Both the position numbers and the translations under genes were made by a program. From Sphaerodactylus townsendi (lineage: Eukaryota), in assembly GCF_021028975.2 (NCBI RefSeq), contig NC_059437.1:56420001-56469253 (forward strand): a DNA stretch of 49,253 nucleotides, given 5' to 3'. The notes beneath the pieces are model-generated. The model was not told the DNA's origin. It was given only the letters and a program-made list of their open reading frames with translations, and did not search any database. This document shows positions 45,101 through 49,253 of the stretch, piece by piece; within the stretch, counting starts at the first letter, position 1; each line of letters starts with the position of its first letter.

Positions 45101-48100
45101 GGCAGGGGCAGCGAGTAGCCAGGATTGTGGGCTCCCTTCTCCCCCTCCCACCCAGCCCCTTTTCTTGCTGAGAGTGTCTGGAAGACAGAAGCGGCTGCTT
45201 TGCAGAGAGCGGATATTCAGTGTGTCGTTGCCAGAAGTGCAGGAGCTCAGAGGGGCTTCTTCTTGCCGTAAGCTGGACTTTTGTGAGCCCTCCCTACATT
45301 TCGACTTTGTCCTTCTTTAGACCTTTTGTCATCAGAGTGTTGTGAATGTCAGTTTTTGTGTTGGGCAGTGACGCTTTTGAGCCACAGTGCCTGGGAAATG
45401 TGCACAGACGGCATCGCCTGTCTTCAAAACAGAGTCCACGTTGCTGGTGACATCATTTTTTCCCTTGGTTTAACCCTTACCTGATTGGCATCTATCCCCC
45501 TCCCCCCCTTTGCAAACTTTTCCTTCCTTTAAACATGAAGCGTTCAGTCTGGAGGTTAAACGAGCAACCGTGTTTGGATCCACTGTGCAATAGCCCTGTG
45601 CAGTCAGCACTTTTCAGTATTTCTTTTCATTTCCTAAAAATTACATTTCATTTACTATTTTTTTTAAAAAGCGCTTGTATTGTGGCTGCAACGTTGTTTG
45701 CCGGGGAGCAGTTTTGACTCTTGTGGTGCTTTGCAAGTTTTTTTGGGTGCTTGGAAAGGAGGTTTAAATAAATTTGCTTCCCAGTTCAACTGTTAAGAGC
45801 ATAGATTGTTGCCACACAGAGGTTTTGCTTCAGTTTTTACATCCAGGGTTTAATATATTTTCTGTTTGGGGTAGTTGCCCCTGAAGTGTCTGTTTTCTGG
45901 GTTTTCACCTGTTTTGCTCTGTTCTTTTCCAAAACTTGTTTGATGTTGGTTGCTCACACACAGATTCTCCTTCCTAAGCCCCTCACAGCATCTTGATACT
46001 TTTGTGCCCCTCACAGTTTTTCCATTTTCATATTGGTGTCCAGGTAAGTCTTCTTGGGGAAAGCGCCACCCCTAGTGGAGGAACAGATTCTACCACTTGG
46101 TAACAGATCTGGAGTGAGCTACGGATTTATCCGCTTCTTTGCTCTTTGTGTGTGAATTCTCCCTCTTGGCCTTAATCTGGGCACAGCGATGTTTCTGAAG
46201 CAACTTCCACTGTAAAGCTAACCTGAGTTGGTAACGTAGCCAACCTCAAACGCTGGTTAAGACCACATCAGTGATTATTAAGGTTGCCGTGAAATATAAC
46301 CCTTAAGTTATATGGTTTGCTGGACACCCAATTTCGATTTTAAACTTTGTATTAACCGCTGTTTTAATGGGGATTTAGTAATTTATTTATATTGGAATCT
46401 AATTGTTTAGTTTTTGATTGTATTTAGCTGTATTATGATTTAACTTTGTTGTACACCACCCAGAGCCCTTCGGGGATAGGGNNNNNNNNNNNNNNNNNNN
46501 NNNNNNNNNNNNNNNNNNNNNNNNNNNNNNNNNNNNNNNNNNNNNNNNNNNNNNNNNNNNNNNNNNNNNNNNNNNNNNNNNNNNNNNNNNNNNNNNNNNN
46601 NNNNNNNNNNNNNNNNNNNNNNNNNNNNNNNNNNNNNNNNNNNNNNNNNNNNNNNNNNNNNNNNNGAAATTTGTTCTGGTAGGGAGGTTGTAATTTGGGG
46701 AGGGGGGGAGCACAACTTGCATTAATGCCCTACTCTGCTTCTGATCTCTTAGCCAAGGTTTGAGGCTGGGAACATCACATCTCTGCCACACCTGTCTTGC
46801 AGATCTGTTGTTTTTGTGCGATCAGTCAGTCTCCAGCACTGTTTAAAAATAAAGCAATTGTTTGTTGTGTGTGCAGAAGTCTTTGTTGTCGGTACGGAAA
46901 AGATGTTGCTGTTTGTGTGGCCCTTGTGAAAGTCACTCCTTCCCACACCTAACAAAGCGGTGTTCTTTTCACAGTCGCTGTCTTGAAGGGAAGGGGGGGG
47001 GCGTGTCTTTCCCTCTGACAGACAGCGAGATTTTAAGTGTTTTGAGGCTGGAAAAAGGAACAGGCTTTTTCATATGAGTCTCTTTTGTTTGTTTTGGGGA
47101 AACAAGGCAGAGAGAGAGAGAAAGCAAATTCCATGTGGTTTTTCTTAGATATTTTTGCAGGTCCAGGTTTCGAGTTGCCTTGATAATTGAGCTCCTTTGC
47201 CTGTGGAATGTCTTGCCTCGGGAGATTGTATAAGGTGGGAGTTTGGGGACCTGCAAAAATTGCTTTGATGGCTCAGACCAGAGGTCCACCTGGTCGAGCA
47301 TTTTGTTTCTGAAAGTGACTGGCCAGGAGCTTACAGGCAGCCTGTGACTGGGACAGGTGAGAGTCTTCCTCTGCCTTCTATCCCCACCACCAGTTATGGA
47401 GGTAGACTGCCTTGCCACATGGAGTCTCTATTTCCCTGTCATAGCCATCACTCAACCTAGACTACTTGAAGCCTTCTGATCCATTTTTCGAGCCATGTGG
47501 AGGTCAGTGCTATGATTTGTGGATAACGAGTTCCCCATACTAACTGCATCCTGTGTGCATTTCCTTTTATGAGTCTGTCCTGAATCTATTGCCAGTTGGT
47601 TCCAATGTGTGAATGCAGAGTCTTGGAAGCTTTCTTGGAGTTGGAGCTGGCTGGTCTCAAACCAGCAAATTTGGAGCTGGCCACAGACTCCATTGGCAGA
47701 TTGTCATATTGGAACGGAGGTATCTTGAAGGACCGTGGATGCCTTCCTCGGCAGCCCTCTTAGGTGCCTTCTGTAGAAGCCTTGACACCAAGGAAGGCCT
47801 CAGCAGAGTGCATTCGGTCTTGCTAGCCAGCCTGCCCGTGTTCAACTACATGAGCCATTCCTTTCTCACTGATAGTGCTTAATTGCTACCTGGTCGCCTG
47901 GAGGCTATTCCTAGAGGTGAGCAGGCAAGCGGCCGTTTGTTCCATTGTATTTCACCCTCAGTCGCCCGTCTTTCCAGTTTGACTTCTCTCTCCAGAGATC
48001 ACCTCCACACACACACACACATGCCAGATCATGTCTAAGGGACATCTTGAACCCCAAGCCATGCTTTCACCCCTTTCTAGGCCCAGCATGTCAGGGATGC

Positions 48101-48949
48101 ACCTGGTCAAGAAGGGCCGTGAGCAGAAGAAGCTCGACCTGCACAGGGACTTCACGGTGGCCTCGCCGGCCGAATTTGTGACTCGCTTTGGAGGGAACCG
48201 TGTTATCGAAAAGGTACTTCTCCCAGTAAAGGAGGGTGCATCAGTCCGCTGTCTATGTGCTGTGAAGAAAATCTTCCTTTTTGTGTGAGGACGAGACCTA
48301 AGGAACAAACATTTGGATCCTTAATGTGTGATTTTAAACAAAATGATATAAGGTATTTGTTCCATCAAGCGCAGTCCTGGCTGTTGTGACTAGCCGGGTC
48401 TCAGGCAGAGATGATTTCTAGCGATCCTCGTAGGGGTTTAGCATATGATCTTCTGCATTCTCTGTGACTCCCTTCAAGAAACTTTGTCCATTGCTTGACC
48501 GTGACTCCTAACCTCTCTCATGACGGAAGTATAGGGAGCACCAAACCACCCTCCAAAAATATAAACCTTTGCGGAAGCATTTCCCCCCCCCAAAAAAATC
48601 ATTCTTGTTCTTGGTTTCCAGGTCCTAATAGCAAACAACGGCATCGCTGCTGTGAAATGCATGCGCTCCATCCGCAGGTGGGCTTATGAAATGTTCCGGA
48701 ATGAGCGAGCAATTAGGTTTGTGGTCATGGTTACACCTGAAGACCTTAAAGCAAATGCAGGTAAGTGGGGAGGGTCTCACCTGGTGAGCGCGTGCGCCTT
48801 CAGCAGGATCGTGATTATCTCTCCCTCTTTAACTTTCAGAGTACATCAAAATGGCTGACCAGTATGTCCCTGTGCCCGGTGGACCCAACAATAACAATTA
48901 CGCCAACGTAGAGTTGATTGTGGATATTTCAAAACGAATTCCAGTGCAG
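42130..48949 (+). CDS. ACACB: Acetyl-CoA carboxylase 2 (beta), 5' part: first four coding exons; gene continues off the right edge
   Basis: Exons 42130-42800, 48081-48213, 48622-48760, 48840-48949 (phases 2, 0, 1, 0). Hydrophobic leader [39 protein letters not shown] site IMR|[26 protein letters not shown], biotin carboxylase start [38 protein letters not shown]. Confidence 0.96.
43116..43177 (+). repeat. Two-copy 30-bp tandem duplication
   Basis: agtgcccagtcatgctttcc recurs with a 30-bp period. Confidence 0.8.
43615..43796. mobile_element. Penelope-derived inverted-repeat remnant
   Basis: ~65-bp inverted arms of the element terminus plus tail ccagtgattccggccatgaaggcctttgacaa. Confidence 0.7.
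44743..44861 (+). CDS. Candidate alternative first coding exon of ACACB (short isoform without the mitochondrial leader)
   Basis: gaaATGg context, 39 open codons plus AG, donor gag|gtcagt in phase 2, which is the phase required by exon 48081. Inference only; no transcript evidence. Confidence 0.4.
46482..46665. other. Assembly gap (184 N) directly after an L2-like 3' end
   Basis: Run of n preceded by caccacccagagcccttcggggataggg. Confidence 0.99.
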
Positions 48950-49179
48950 GTAAGCAGAAAGCTGTGTCTTTCCTTTCGCCTGCAGGGGGGTAGATGGAGA
49001 AGAAAAAAGGGGTCCCGTCCCCCAAGGAGAGAGGGAGAAAGAGCTTGCTGGGCGTGTCTTCTAACGTGTGCAGTAGATGTAGACTGCCGACTCACAACAG
49101 TGGCAGATCATGCCTGCTTCGTGTGGGCCTGGAGTGGCACTGTGTCGGCAGTGGGAGGTGGGCAGGACCCCTGTTCATA

Positions 49180-49253
49180 CCGTGTTTCCCCGAAAATAAG
49201 ACAGTGTCTTATATTAATTTTTGCTCCCAAAGATGCGCTATGTCTTATTTTCA
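49180..49253 (+). mobile_element. Left end of a Tc1/mariner (Tc2/pogo-like) element, cut by the window edge
   Basis: TA dinucleotide followed by ccgtgtttccccgaaaataagac and internal gtcttat repeats; family recognised from memory, other end not visible. Confidence 0.55.

Noticed and set aside
45943-46043. Selenocysteine or readthrough at the in-frame TGA
   Set aside because: No SECIS or readthrough context visible and no precedent for ACC.
46062-46080. CTCF site gcgccacccctagtgg
   Set aside because: Two extra bases in the core relative to CCASYAGRKGGCRS; too weak to call.
46399-46791. ORFs spanning the N run
   Set aside because: Artefacts of translating an assembly gap.
1-49253. A novel prokaryotic-style defence or operon system
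   Set aside because: All confident coding sequence belongs to five well-known spliced vertebrate genes; no unexplained multi-gene module was found.

Overview
This is eukaryotic, not prokaryotic, DNA: a GC-rich, intron-containing vertebrate region. The repeats (tRNA-derived Squam3-like SINEs, Penelope-like elements, hAT MITEs, Rex1/Babar and L2 LINEs) point to a squamate reptile, probably a gecko (inference). It carries the conserved amniote block SVOP(-) / USP30(+) / ALKBH2(-) / UNG(+) / ACACB(+). I spliced the genes by hand using GT-AG sites with consistent phases: SVOP coding exon 1 only; complete USP30 (13 exons, 498 aa); complete ALKBH2 (3 coding exons, 260 aa); complete UNG with nuclear UNG2 (296 aa) and mitochondrial UNG1 (305 aa) first exons; and the first four coding exons of ACACB. 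Most entries in the six-frame ORF track are spurious. I found no wholly new multi-gene system. The strongest leads are: (1) a candidate unannotated ACACB first exon that would drop the mitochondrial anchor and turn the AMPK motif into a PKA-type RRPS motif; (2) a 474-bp, ~95%-identical inverted duplication of SVOP-upstream DNA placed in front of USP30, bracketing a rearranged Gypsy/hAT nest; (3) an intact minimal hammerhead ribozyme in a Penelope-like element; (4) a compact bidirectional promoter for two PCNA-binding DNA-repair enzymes. All comparisons with human proteins are from memory, not from a database search.
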